A stretch of DNA of 64,000 nt, from assembly GCA_963555985.3 (NCBI GenBank), contig OY820591.1:2112001-2176000 (forward strand), in the 5' to 3' direction. Origin of the DNA: Dehalococcoidia bacterium. GTDB taxonomy: Bacteria; Chloroflexota; Dehalococcoidia; Bin125. The position numbers were made by a program, and so were the translations under genes. A model generated the notes under the pieces. The model had not been told where the DNA came from and did no database searches. It saw nothing but the letters and a program-made list of their open reading frames with translations. Positions 29,158 to 39,049 of this stretch are shown in pieces (position 1 is the stretch's first letter; each line of letters begins with the position of its first letter).

Positions 29158-30555
29158 ATGGAGATCGTGATCGGGCTAGTGATCGGGTTGGCGGTCGGAG
29201 CGCTGATCGCGTTCATCGTCCACCGCCAGGCATCAGCCCTGCGCACTGAATTGGACGAGGCGAAAGAGTCGGCTCTCCGCACCGAGATTGCGAAGACCGA
29301 GGCGCAGAGCGAGGTGGAGGCTCGCAAGCGCGAGGCGGACAACATGCTCGCCGAACGCAACCAGGCGCGTGAGGCATTGGGTTTGCGGGAGCAGGAGCTG
29401 TCGCGCTCGAAATCGCAGCTGGCTGAAGTCCAGGCTGATCATGCTGCGCGGATCGAGGAACTGGACAAGTACCGCGCCGATCTGGAGGAGCGCTTCAGGG
29501 GCATCGCCTCCAGTGTCACCCAATCAACCCGCGAAGACTTCATCAAGGAATTCCGCGACCTGACCAAGCAACAGTCGGATGCGTCCGCCGAACTGGTCGG
29601 CAACACCGTCAAGCCGCTCCAGGAGTCGCTGCAAAAGCTCGATCGAGGCAACCAGGAGCTGGAGAAGGCGCGCGAAAACGCCTACGCAGACCTACGCCGG
29701 ACATTGTTGTCCTCGAACGAAGCGATCGCCACGTTGCAGAGCGCAACCGGCGATCTCCGTGAAGCTCTGCGCTCACCGCAGGTGCGAGGGCTCTGGGGCG
29801 AACAGCAGCTACAGACCGTAATCGAGGCGGCCGGGTTGAGGGAGCACATCGACTACGCCGCTCAGGAAACGCACGGAGCGGCGCGACCCGATGTGATCGT
29901 GCACATTCCCGGAGATCGAAGCGTCGTGATCGACGCTAAGACGCCCTTCGATTCGTACCTCAATGCGCTCGCGGCGGAGGATGACGCGGCCGAACGCAGC
30001 CTGCTCAATCAGCACGCCGCCTCGCTCTATCAACACGCCGGCGATTTGGGCAAAAAGGACTATTCGCAACAGGTGACAGGAGCATTGGACTTCGTGATCT
30101 TGTTCGTCCCCTCTGACGCCATCCTCGACGCCGCCCTCAAAGTCCGCCCCGCGCTCTGGGAGGACTCGTGGCGACAGCACCGCGTCCTCCTCGCCACGCC
30201 CGGCTCGCTAATCGCCTTTCTGCGCGCCGTCGCGCTCGTTTGGCAGCAACAGAAGGTGCAAGAGAACGCTCAAGACATCGCCGACGCCGCCCGTGAACTC
30301 TACGACCGGCTCGGCGTCTACAGCGGTCACGTGCTCAGGATGGGTAATCAGCTCAGCAGCGTGGTCAACACCTACAACCAGTCCGTCGGCTCGTTCCAGT
30401 CAAGAGTCCTCCCGCAGGCGCGTCGGATCGAAGACCTCAGCGAGATCGAACAGTCACGCCGAATCGGGGAACCTGAACCTGTCCTGACCGAGCCGCGAGA
30501 ACTGCGCGCGCCCGAAGTCCGCGAACTGCCGGACAATCTCGAAGCCGCCGACTAA
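29158..30555 (+). CDS. rmuC: DNA recombination protein RmuC
   Basis: N-terminal TM, coiled coil, RGLWGE, RPD, IDAK, DFVILFVP. Confidence 0.93.
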   Translation: MEIVIGLVIGLAVGALIAFIVHRQASALRTELDEAKESALRTEIAKTEAQSEVEARKREADNMLAERNQAREALGLREQELSRSKSQLAEVQADHAARIEELDKYRADLEERFRGIASSVTQSTREDFIKEFRDLTKQQSDASAELVGNTVKPLQESLQKLDRGNQELEKARENAYADLRRTLLSSNEAIATLQSATGDLREALRSPQVRGLWGEQQLQTVIEAAGLREHIDYAAQETHGAARPDVIVHIPGDRSVVIDAKTPFDSYLNALAAEDDAAERSLLNQHAASLYQHAGDLGKKDYSQQVTGALDFVILFVPSDAILDAALKVRPALWEDSWRQHRVLLATPGSLIAFLRAVALVWQQQKVQENAQDIADAARELYDRLGVYSGHVLRMGNQLSSVVNTYNQSVGSFQSRVLPQARRIEDLSEIEQSRRIGEPEPVLTEPRELRAPEVRELPDNLEAAD

Positions 30556-31325
30556 TCCTCAAACGTCATCCGCGTTCGCGGACGCACCGCTCCGTACTTC
30601 CGCAAATCCGCAATCGTCACGATCCGGCCCGTCCAGTCCGGACCCTGGCCAACCATGTACAGGCACGCATCCGACATGATGATCGGATCCTCGAAATCCA
30701 TCTGCTTGGCCTGCTCGCCCAGCGTGAAAGCGTAGCCCTCGCTCCAGACCGACAGCTCCAGCCGCAGACAGTTGACCGAGACCCCGGTGCCGCGCAGGTC
30801 GCTGGCCAGTGATTCGGTCATCGCCTCCAGCGCCCGCTTGGTCGTGGTGTAGCTCGCCCGCCCGAAGTCTGGGCTGACTGCCGCCCCCGAACCGATGTTG
30901 ATGATCGCGCCGCCGTCCGCTTCCGCCATCTTCGGCGCGATCGCATGAGTCAAGTAGAACGGCGCGTTGACATTGATCTCCACCGCCAGCCCCCAACGGT
31001 GGCGCGGCGACTCCAGCGCCTTGCCTGGAGGGGCGATCGCGGCGTTGTTGATCAACACGTCGATCTGCCCGAAGCGCTCGTAGGTCTGCTCGACAGCGCG
31101 ATCGAGGTCTTCCACATTGGCTAGGTTCGCGCCGATCGGCAGACACTCGCGGCCCGCGTCGGCGACCAGCTGCGCCGTCTCGTCCACGGTCCCCGGCAGC
31201 TTGGTGGGCGAGTCGGAGGTGGAGCGCGCAATGGCGGCAATGTCGTAGCCGGCCAGCGCAAAATCCTGCGCGAGTTGCTTGCCGATCCCCCGGCTGGCTC
31301 CGGTGATGAACGCGACTTTGGCCAT
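30552..31325 (-). CDS. SDR family oxidoreductase
   Basis: TGASRGIG, NNAA, YTTTK. Confidence 0.92.
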   Translation of the reverse strand: MAKVAFITGASRGIGKQLAQDFALAGYDIAAIARSTSDSPTKLPGTVDETAQLVADAGRECLPIGANLANVEDLDRAVEQTYERFGQIDVLINNAAIAPPGKALESPRHRWGLAVEINVNAPFYLTHAIAPKMAEADGGAIINIGSGAAVSPDFGRASYTTTKRALEAMTESLASDLRGTGVSVNCLRLELSVWSEGYAFTLGEQAKQMDFEDPIIMSDACLYMVGQGPDWTGRIVTIADLRKYGAVRPRTRMTFED

Positions 31326-31410
31326 GTCTTTGCTCCTCTGATCGGGCGGGCGAGTCCTGCAACGAGTGTCAGGATACTCCCCGTTTAGACTTGCGCGGAG
31401 GAGGACGACG

Positions 31411-32685
31411 ATGCCCCATCACGTCAAGAGCAAGGCCCTCTCGCATCTGCGCATCTGCGATTTCACCGGACAACTGGCCGGCGCGGGAGCCACCAAATTC
31501 ATGGCCGCCTTCGGAGCCGAAATCATCCGGATCGAAGACCCCTCGAACCACGGCCGCTGGGACATCCTGCGCGGGATGCCGCCCTATGTGGACGACCGCC
31601 GCGGCCCTGAGCTGGGCGGGCCGTTCAACAACCACAACGTGGGCAAGCTGGGCATCACGCTCAACATCAAGACCGAAAAGGGGCGCGAGCTGTTCGAGCG
31701 CCTGGTCGCGATCTCGGACTGCGTGACCGAGAACTTCTCCTCCGGCGTGATGCGCTCCTGGGGCTACGACTACGACGCGCTCAAGCAGATCAAGGAAGAC
31801 ATCATCTACGTCTCCAACTGCGGCTTCGGGCACTCGGGGCCGTACGAGAAGTTCAAGACCTGGGGGCCAATCGTCCAGGCGACCAGCGGCCTCACCATGT
31901 CCTCTGCTATCCCCGATCAGCCGCCCGCCGGTTGGGGCTACTCCTACATGGATCACACCGGCGCCTACTTCATGGCGATGGCGATCATGCTAGCGATCCA
32001 CCATCGCAACCGCACCGGCGAGGGTCAGTACGTCGATGTGGCGGCGACCGAGGCGGCGCTGACGCTGAACGGACCAGTGCTGCTCGATTACACCGTCAAC
32101 GGACGCCCGCTGCGGCGTGAGGGCTATCCCGACGCCAACCACTCGCAATTCCCGGCGATGGCCCCGCACAACATCTACGCCGCCAAGCCGATTCCCGGCT
32201 CGTTCGACGAAGCCTGGATCGCCATCGCCTGCCGCAACGACGAGGACTGGCACGCGATGCGCGACGTGCTGGTCGCCGACGGCTGCGATTGGGCGTCGAA
32301 CGACGACTATGGCCAACTCGCCGGTCGCTTGGCCGCGCAGGATGTGCTGGACGAACGAATCGGCGAGTGGTGCCTGCGCCGCGATCCGTATCAGTCCACT
32401 GAGATGCTGCGCGAGGCCGGGGTGCCGGCCAATCCGGTGCAGACACCTGAGCAGCGGATCGACCAGGACGTCAACTCAGCCGAGGCGCGGCTCTGGCCGA
32501 CGATTCGGCAAGCGGAGATGGGCCGCGTGCGCGTGGACGGGATTCCCGCGCATTTCTCCAAGACCGACTGGTCGATGACGCGCGGCGCAGCCGTGCTGGG
32601 TGAGGACAACGATTACGTCTACGGCGAACTCCTGGGCCTGAGCCAGGACGAGATCGCCGGGCTCTACGAGGAGGGCGTGCTCTGA
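31411..32685 (+). CDS. CaiB/BaiF family III CoA-transferase (Asp-containing subunit)
   Basis: FGAEIIRIE, ENFS.GV, SYMDHTG. Confidence 0.92.
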   Translation: MPHHVKSKALSHLRICDFTGQLAGAGATKFMAAFGAEIIRIEDPSNHGRWDILRGMPPYVDDRRGPELGGPFNNHNVGKLGITLNIKTEKGRELFERLVAISDCVTENFSSGVMRSWGYDYDALKQIKEDIIYVSNCGFGHSGPYEKFKTWGPIVQATSGLTMSSAIPDQPPAGWGYSYMDHTGAYFMAMAIMLAIHHRNRTGEGQYVDVAATEAALTLNGPVLLDYTVNGRPLRREGYPDANHSQFPAMAPHNIYAAKPIPGSFDEAWIAIACRNDEDWHAMRDVLVADGCDWASNDDYGQLAGRLAAQDVLDERIGEWCLRRDPYQSTEMLREAGVPANPVQTPEQRIDQDVNSAEARLWPTIRQAEMGRVRVDGIPAHFSKTDWSMTRGAAVLGEDNDYVYGELLGLSQDEIAGLYEEGVL

Positions 32686-33941
32686 TGACGACCAACTCCA
32701 ATCCGCTGGCGATGATGGCGCTGGACGACCTGCGCGTGCTCGAAATCGGAGACGAGCGCGGCGCCTGGTGCGGCAAGCTGCTGGCCGACATGGGCGCGGA
32801 CGTGATCAAGATCGAGCCGCCCGAGGGCGATCCGTCGCGGCAGTACGAGCCGTTCGTCGACGACCAACCGCATCACGAGCGCTCGCTCTTCTTCTGGTAC
32901 TACAACACGTCCAAGCGCAGCGTCGTGCTGGACTTCAACGACCGCTCGAACGCGGATGCGTTCCTCAAGCTGGTCGAATCCGCCGACATCATCTTCGACA
33001 CGAATACGTACGATCCTGTCGGTCGCCTGGGGTTGGACTACGACCGGATCATGTCGGACAATCCTGGCCTGATCTGGTGCACGATCACCAACTTCGGCTT
33101 CGGCTCGGTGCGGGACGACGAACCGCATACGGACCTGACCCTAGCCGCCAACGGCGGCTTCGCCTGGATGAACGGCTATGACGACCACTCGCTGCCGCCG
33201 GTGCGCGGCGGCGGCCAGCAGGCCTATCACACCGGCTCGAACTACGCCTTCATGTCGATCCTGACGGCGCTGCTGCACCGCGACGCGACCGGTGTGGGAC
33301 AGCACATCAACGTCAATATCAACGCCTCGGTCAACGTGACCACTGAGGCCGGGTCGTACTCGTGGCTGGTCTCGCACTCGACCGTCCAGCGCCAAACCGG
33401 GCGCCACGCCGGCGTCGCCCCATCCATGCCCTCCCAGATACAGTGCGCCGACGGTCGCTACGTCAACACCGGCATCCCGCCGCGGCGCCCGCGCGAGTTC
33501 GGCCTGGTTTACCAGTGGCTGGAGGAGGAAGGTCTGCTGGACGAACTGCCGGAAGCGGCGCTGTTGCAGGTCGGGGCCGAACTGGAGAGTTTCTCGCTGG
33601 CGGATGTCTTCAGCGGCAACAACGAAGAGCTGCTGGCGATCTTCGGGGCTGGTCGTGAGGCGTTCGACCTGCTCGCCTCCAGGCTGACGGCGTACGAGTT
33701 CTTCACCAAGGCGCAGAATTACGGCTTCCAGGTCGGGGTGATCCACAGTCCCGAAGAGGCGCTGGAGGATCCGCATTTCGTCGATCGGGGGATGCAGGTC
33801 AAGGTGGAGCATCCCGAGATCGGGCGCGAGGTGGTCTATCCGGGCGCGCCCTACCAGCTCACGAAGGGGAGTTGGGGGATCACTCGGCGTCCGCCGCTCC
33901 TCGGGGAGCATACGGACGAGGTGCTGTCGGAGCTGGGCTAG
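32685..33941 (+). CDS. CaiB/BaiF family III CoA-transferase (partner subunit)
   Basis: LLADMGADVIKIEPP.GD, NTSKRS, PPLLGEHT; overlaps the upstream stop. Confidence 0.92.
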   Translation: MTTNSNPLAMMALDDLRVLEIGDERGAWCGKLLADMGADVIKIEPPEGDPSRQYEPFVDDQPHHERSLFFWYYNTSKRSVVLDFNDRSNADAFLKLVESADIIFDTNTYDPVGRLGLDYDRIMSDNPGLIWCTITNFGFGSVRDDEPHTDLTLAANGGFAWMNGYDDHSLPPVRGGGQQAYHTGSNYAFMSILTALLHRDATGVGQHINVNINASVNVTTEAGSYSWLVSHSTVQRQTGRHAGVAPSMPSQIQCADGRYVNTGIPPRRPREFGLVYQWLEEEGLLDELPEAALLQVGAELESFSLADVFSGNNEELLAIFGAGREAFDLLASRLTAYEFFTKAQNYGFQVGVIHSPEEALEDPHFVDRGMQVKVEHPEIGREVVYPGAPYQLTKGSWGITRRPPLLGEHTDEVLSELG

Positions 33942-34420
33942 GGCGACCTCAGCCGGGCCAGCCTTTGTCGGTCGCGGGCGTAGTCTTCTTCGATGCTTCG
34001 CAGCGCAGTCAGGACTTCCATGTCGCAGGCTCGTGCGACGCGGGCGGCGTTGCGATCGTCGGTGGCGACAACGAATCCGTCGCTCCGCGATTGCGCGAGC
34101 ATCCAGAGGTCCTCGCGCTCAGCGCCATAGACCAGACCAAGCTGCGCTGAGGTCCGCTTGAGCAAGGCGAAGTGATCAATCGCCGCGAGCGAGGGGGAAT
34201 CTAGAAACGTGACCGACCCCAATAGCGCCCGCAGACTGGCCAAGCGTCTGCCTCGCCATTCCATTGCTCGAATTTCACCCTGTACGAACATGGTGAGCAC
34301 GAGTCGCCGGCCGTTCAGTAGCTCTTGATAGGCGAAACGGTCCGCATGGCCGCTTGTCAGCAAGCTGACCACGTTGGTGTCAACCGACACCACCGGTTCG
34401 TCGCGGTATGGCAGTACCAC
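33938..34420 (-). CDS. PIN-domain (VapC-like) ribonuclease
   Basis: VDTNVVS, GEI, EDLWM, ATDDR. Confidence 0.78.
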   Translation of the reverse strand: MVLPYRDEPVVSVDTNVVSLLTSGHADRFAYQELLNGRRLVLTMFVQGEIRAMEWRGRRLASLRALLGSVTFLDSPSLAAIDHFALLKRTSAQLGLVYGAEREDLWMLAQSRSDGFVVATDDRNAARVARACDMEVLTALRSIEEDYARDRQRLARLRSP

Positions 34421-34426
34421 GCGGCG

Positions 34427-34810
34427 TTATCGATTGTTACGCCAGCGCGGATCGATGGCGTCAGCCAACTCTTCGCGCTCTTCCTGGGTCATGCCTGCCG
34501 TGATTTCATCCAGCCGAGCGACGAATTCCGCACCCGTCATTGGCTCGCCCCGGTTGACGATTGAGACCGTGCGGTCAATCACTTCATCCCTCAGCGAGGT
34601 CTCACGATAGGAGACGCTCGCGTCCTCTCCATCGAACAGGAGGGCTCGCTCCAGCGCGTCGCCGGGAAGGCGGAGTTCCACGGGCTGTTCACCGTCAACG
34701 GTCACGCGCGCTCGGAGGTTGCCGGGGTTGATAATCACTTCCAGGTGACCCCGGATCGTTTTGCGGCAGATTGAGATGCCTTGTTCGGTTGTTGGCTCAG
34801 CGCTGACCAT
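34427..34810 (-). CDS. Hypothetical protein, candidate antitoxin
   Basis: Directly upstream of the PIN gene; acidic tail AGMTQEEREELADAI. Confidence 0.55.
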   Translation of the reverse strand: MVSAEPTTEQGISICRKTIRGHLEVIINPGNLRARVTVDGEQPVELRLPGDALERALLFDGEDASVSYRETSLRDEVIDRTVSIVNRGEPMTGAEFVARLDEITAGMTQEEREELADAIDPRWRNNR

Positions 34811-35702
34811 GCCGCAAGGATACATCGGTGAGCCATCGCTGCGCACGGAGCTGTGCACGCTCGTTTGCGATTAGGCCATGCCCCTCGCCGCGCAGGACTA
34901 AGAACTCTCCATGCGGAATGCGGCTCGCCAAAACCTCACCGAAGGCGACTGGAACGGTCGTGTCGGCGTCTCCGTGGATGATGAGCACGGGACATCCGAT
35001 CCGCTGCAATTCGTCTGACAGATCGGTGGCTCGCTGGGCTTGCATGTTGAGCAAGGCACCGTGCGCGAGTCGAGCGAGTTCGCTATCCGCGAGTCTCTTC
35101 AGCGCCCGGTTTCGATTCTCCCGGAACGCTGTGAGCGCTGGAACAGGTTCGGGCGGTTCGGGTGGCGAGCGCCATTCTTCCTCTGATTCCGCAAGTACAG
35201 CCTCGATGCCCTTTGCGTCCAACAGGTCGAGCAGCGTTAGACGCTTGGCGACTGTGGCCAGCCGGTCGGCGACGAATGGATCGCCCAGATCGATGCCTTG
35301 CGGCGATAACGACATCAACGACGCGCCGGTATTGAGCAGCACCAGCGATTCCACCCGTCCAGGATGATCGAGCGCAAGCCTGATCCCGATCGGCCCACTC
35401 GCCGACGTGGCAATCACGGCCGTTCGCTCAATGCCCAGATAATCGAGCAGATCAACCGCATCCTGAGCCAAGTCCTCAAGCGAGAACGGCTCAGTGTCAT
35501 ACTCCGACAGCCCCGCGCAGCGGCGGTCGTACCAGATCAGCTTGAGGCCGTCGGTCGGGACCTGCCAACGGATCCTGGGGCCATTCCAGAGCGTGGAGGA
35601 CGGCCCGCCCCAAGCCCCGTGGATGATCAGCACAGACTGACCCGACGGATCGCCGCCGACTTCGTAGGCAACCCGCCGGCTATTGATCAGCGCTAGTCGT
35701 AT
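34797..35702 (-). CDS. Alpha/beta hydrolase (start uncertain)
   Basis: IHGAWGG, YDRR..G.S, ATSAS elbow, HGDAD, GH. The frame extends upstream to ATA at 35702. Confidence 0.82.
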   Translation of the reverse strand: MRLALINSRRVAYEVGGDPSGQSVLIIHGAWGGPSSTLWNGPRIRWQVPTDGLKLIWYDRRCAGLSEYDTEPFSLEDLAQDAVDLLDYLGIERTAVIATSASGPIGIRLALDHPGRVESLVLLNTGASLMSLSPQGIDLGDPFVADRLATVAKRLTLLDLLDAKGIEAVLAESEEEWRSPPEPPEPVPALTAFRENRNRALKRLADSELARLAHGALLNMQAQRATDLSDELQRIGCPVLIIHGDADTTVPVAFGEVLASRIPHGEFLVLRGEGHGLIANERAQLRAQRWLTDVSLRHGQR

Positions 35703-36466
35703 TTCGGCTGATCCTCAATGCCGGGCATCACCCAGGTGACGAGCTCGCCAGGCGGCTCTGCGAAGGTCAGGCCCGGCATGTCGGGCTGTACGCCGCTGAG
35801 CACGAGCTTGTACTCCTCGACGTACTCCGGGTCGCCGTCCACCATGCGGAACGGGCGGTCGTGGCCGGGATAAAGCACGTCGGACATGCTCATCACCTTG
35901 GCGATCGACTCGTTCGCCTGCGACTCGCTGTAGAACACGAGCGGGCTGCGTCCGGCCTTGCCGACTGCCGCCGTGTGCATCGCATCGCCAGTCAGTCCGC
36001 AGATGCCGGCTTCGGTCTCAACCAACAAGCCAATGCTGCCGGGCGAGTGTCCGGGCAGGTGGATCACCTTGACGCCCTTGGCCAGTTCGTCGCCGTCGAC
36101 CACTTCCTGCATCGGATGCGTTTCAATCGCCGCGCCCGTCCACTGCGGCGTGGCCCAGTCGTTGACGTGCGGCTCGGAGGCGTACTTGCGCTCATGCGGG
36201 TGAATCGCCATCGGCACATCCGGGAAGGCGTCGAAGTTCTGCACGTGATCCCAGTGCGCGTGAGTCATGAAGACGAGGTCGATATCGGAGACGCCCAGCC
36301 CGCGCGCGGCGAGTTGCTCCTGGAGTTGGACGCGCCGACCGACGTGCGCCGTGTCGACGAGGATGCGCCGCCCGTCCGATTCGACCAGGATCACCGCGCA
36401 GAACGCCGGTGTGCCGGAGTCGGTACCGAATGAGTAGCCGGGGAGGAGGATGTCGAGGGTTGCCAT
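35693..36466 (-). CDS. Metallo-beta-lactamase-fold hydrolase
   Basis: THAHWDH, PGHSPG, TGDA, PGHD. Confidence 0.92.
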   Translation of the reverse strand: MATLDILLPGYSFGTDSGTPAFCAVILVESDGRRILVDTAHVGRRVQLQEQLAARGLGVSDIDLVFMTHAHWDHVQNFDAFPDVPMAIHPHERKYASEPHVNDWATPQWTGAAIETHPMQEVVDGDELAKGVKVIHLPGHSPGSIGLLVETEAGICGLTGDAMHTAAVGKAGRSPLVFYSESQANESIAKVMSMSDVLYPGHDRPFRMVDGDPEYVEEYKLVLSGVQPDMPGLTFAEPPGELVTWVMPGIEDQPKYD

Positions 36467-36641
36467 GTCGGGGTCCTTCCTAGGTGCGTTCGCACTGGTT
36501 GGGTGGATCGTTGCCGGCGGAATTTTTTTCCGGCGCGGCAGATTGCGAGGAAACCTAGTGATTTACGGGAGATCGCGCGATTTGGGTGGAAGGTAGTGGA
36601 AGATTTTGGAACGGTGTTGTCAGTTCGGAGCGTCAGCTCCT

Positions 36642-36751
36642 GTTCGATCTTGTTCGATTCTGTTCGATGGCGTTCGGCCTGTTCGGCTGTGCGGACGGTT
36701 CGGCCTCGTTCGAGTTCGTTCGATTCTGTTCGGCGGCGTTCGGCCTGTTCG
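36642..36751 (-). repeat. 10-bp-phased GTTCG/CGAAC array in two blocks
   Basis: GTTCG at 36642, 36652, 36662, 36672, 36681 and 36698, 36708, 36718, 36728, 36738, 36747. Confidence 0.85.
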
Positions 36752-36801
36752 AGGGAGATGAGGGGCGACGCGAACGGATTGGCGGATGGATTCCCGCCTG
36801 C

Positions 36802-36956
36802 GGAGACGTTTGTGTAAGTCGATCGTTCCGTCATTGCCGCGCTCCGCCGCGGCAATCTCGCGGTGAGGGCGACGACGGTGCAGATAACGGCGAGATACCC
36901 GCGGCAAGCGCGGGTATGACGGAGTCTTGATTGGCTCGAGTTTTGCAAAGGTCTCC
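36802..36956. mobile_element. 155-bp MITE carrying a family-A doublet, inserted into another palindrome
   Basis: TIRs GGAGACGTTTGTGTAAGTC and GGAGACCTTTGCAAAACTC (14/19); CTGC duplicated at 36798-36801 and 36957-36960. Confidence 0.8.
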
Positions 36957-37145
36957 CTGCGCGGGAATGACGGGATTGCCTGTTGACCGGCTCGTTCAGC
37001 CGCTTTTTCGGCGAGGGTCGAGTGGACATCGGCTCCTCGGTTTCCGTCTGCGACACGGAACTCACGTACTCTCACTAGCGGCGGCGATCAAGGCCGGGAG
37101 TTCACCGATACCTCGCAGGGCGACTGAGGGGAGCGCTTACTTCCG

Positions 37146-38399
37146 CTAGTCGCCCGATCCCGCCGCCGCGGCCGCAGCGATGCGGGCCTTCGCGGCCTCG
37201 TCGTAGCTGATGCTGACCGGCGGCTCGGAGTCGAACGGGCCGTCCAGATCGAGTTCGGCACCGATCTCGCGCAGTGCCGGCATGACCTCGGTACCGAGCA
37301 GCTCGATGCAGCGCATCGAGTCCCCGTGCGTGACGCGACCGTCGTTGCCCCAGAGGGCGAGGATGCCCGGCCGGGTCTCTTCGAGGATCGTGCGCAGTTT
37401 GACGATGCACTCGTCCGGCGTGCCCGCGATGATCTGCATGTTGTCGAGCTGTGTCTCGAAGTCGAGTGCGCGCGGCGGCGGGCGGCGACCGTTCATCACC
37501 TCCACCAGCGCCTCGCGGTTGCGCGGCGAGGCGTAGCCGGCCGGGTTCGACCAGACCGGGTGCGCCAGTCCGGTGAACTCGCCCTGCATCCACATGAACT
37601 GGGAGGCGTTCTCCAGCGCCTTCTCAGTCGTGTCCGCGACATGCACGCGGAGCAGGTAACCGCGATTCTCGGGGCCCGGGTCGTAGCCAACCTCGTGCGC
37701 CGCGTCGTCGTAGGTGTTCCAGATGCGCTTGGTCGCCTCGATCGTCGTGTTCAGCGCGATGTACGGGTAGCGATGCTTCGCCGCCCAGATCACGGTCTCG
37801 CGCGAGAGCACGCCCGGAATCCAGATGCGCGGATGCGGCTGTTGCAGCGGCAGCGCCCACGGGTTCACGACCCGGTGCTGGTAGTGCTTGCCCTCCCAGC
37901 GGAACGGGCCAGGCCGCGTCCAGGCCTCCACGATCAGGTCGTGAGCCTCCTCGAAGCGCTCGCGGTTGTAGGCCGGGTTCACGCCCGTCGCGAGCTGTTC
38001 GGTGCCGCCTCCGCGCACGAAACCGGAAACTAACCGACCCTGCGAGATCATGTCGATCATCGCCAGCTCTTCGGCCAGCCGGATCGGATTGTCGGCCAGC
38101 GGCAGCGGATTGCCGAGCAGGACGATCTTCACCCGCTCGGTCGCGCCGGCAAGCACCGAGGCCCAGATGTTGCACTTGGCCTGCATACAGAAGGGCGCGT
38201 TGTGGTGCTCGTTGAGCATGATCCCGTCAACGCCCACCTCCTCCGCCAGCTTGTACTCGGTCAGGCGGTGGTTGTAGAGCTCCGCGCCCGCCTCCGAGTC
38301 GAAGTTGGAGTTGGAGAAGAGCAGCGCGGTCACCCCCTCCTCGGCGGCGTGCTCGTCGTAGGCCGACATCGGCTGTTCGGTGAAGTACATCAGGTGCAT
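37146..38399 (-). CDS. LLM-class flavin-dependent oxidoreductase
   Basis: DGIMLNEHH, RLAEELAMIDMIS.GRL, QQPHPRIW. Confidence 0.92.
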   Translation of the reverse strand: MHLMYFTEQPMSAYDEHAAEEGVTALLFSNSNFDSEAGAELYNHRLTEYKLAEEVGVDGIMLNEHHNAPFCMQAKCNIWASVLAGATERVKIVLLGNPLPLADNPIRLAEELAMIDMISQGRLVSGFVRGGGTEQLATGVNPAYNRERFEEAHDLIVEAWTRPGPFRWEGKHYQHRVVNPWALPLQQPHPRIWIPGVLSRETVIWAAKHRYPYIALNTTIEATKRIWNTYDDAAHEVGYDPGPENRGYLLRVHVADTTEKALENASQFMWMQGEFTGLAHPVWSNPAGYASPRNREALVEVMNGRRPPPRALDFETQLDNMQIIAGTPDECIVKLRTILEETRPGILALWGNDGRVTHGDSMRCIELLGTEVMPALREIGAELDLDGPFDSEPPVSISYDEAAKARIAAAAAAGSGD

Positions 38400-38471
38400 G
38401 GGAGGCTCCAGTCACGATCAGATCGAGTCGCGCGCAGTCTAGCGCTCCCGCCGCGTTGCTAGGCTGAGGCG

Positions 38472-38750
38472 GTGATCACACACTTCGCTGATCGGCGGCT
38501 TCGAGATTTCCATATGCGGGGAGACCGTCGCAGGTTGCCGCCGCCGATGATCGAAACCATTGAGGAGATTCTGGACGACCTGGATTCGGCCTCGTCGCCA
38601 GAAGACATGAACCAGCCCGGCTATCGACTGCACCAATTGTCGGGAGACATGGCGGGATTCTGGTCTGTTCGCGTCACCCGCAACTGGAGAATCGTGTTTC
38701 GCTTCGACGGACCAGACGTCCGCGATGTACGCTTAATCGACTACCACTAG
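38472..38750 (+). CDS. higB: HigB toxin
   Basis: PGYRLHQLSGD..GFWSVRVTRNWRIVFRF, DYH. Confidence 0.92.
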   Translation: MITHFADRRLRDFHMRGDRRRLPPPMIETIEEILDDLDSASSPEDMNQPGYRLHQLSGDMAGFWSVRVTRNWRIVFRFDGPDVRDVRLIDYH

Positions 38751-38764
38751 GGGGATCAGTCGCT

Positions 38765-39049
38765 GTGACTCGAGCCAATCCAACCCATCCTGGTCGCTCT
38801 CTCTTCCATAGCTGCATTGAGGCGCTCAACCTCACGATGTCCGAGGCAGCGGCGCATCTCAAGGTGGAGGAGGCCGCCCTACAGGCCATCTGCGACGGTC
38901 AGGCGCCGATCACCGCCGACATGGCCGTCCGCTTCGAGCAGGCTTTCGGCAGCACCGCCGAGTTCTGGCTGCGGCGCCAGGCCAGCTACGACCTCGCGCG
39001 AGTGAGGAAGACCTGCGACAAGATCGAGCGTCTCGAAGTCGCGGCCTAA
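38765..39049 (+). CDS. higA: HigA antitoxin
   Basis: HPG, HTH, ITADMAVR, FWLRRQASYDL. Confidence 0.92.
   Translation: MTRANPTHPGRSLFHSCIEALNLTMSEAAAHLKVEEAALQAICDGQAPITADMAVRFEQAFGSTAEFWLRRQASYDLARVRKTCDKIERLEVAA

Noticed and set aside
36480-36495. CTAGGTGCGTTCGCAC, resembling the end of the 19-kb MITE
   Set aside because: No matching opposite end was found.
36642-36751. Possible CRISPR array or LexA box cluster
   Set aside because: The units are 10-bp direct repeats with no unique spacers and no cas genes nearby; they are not the inverted GAAC-N4-GTTC arrangement.
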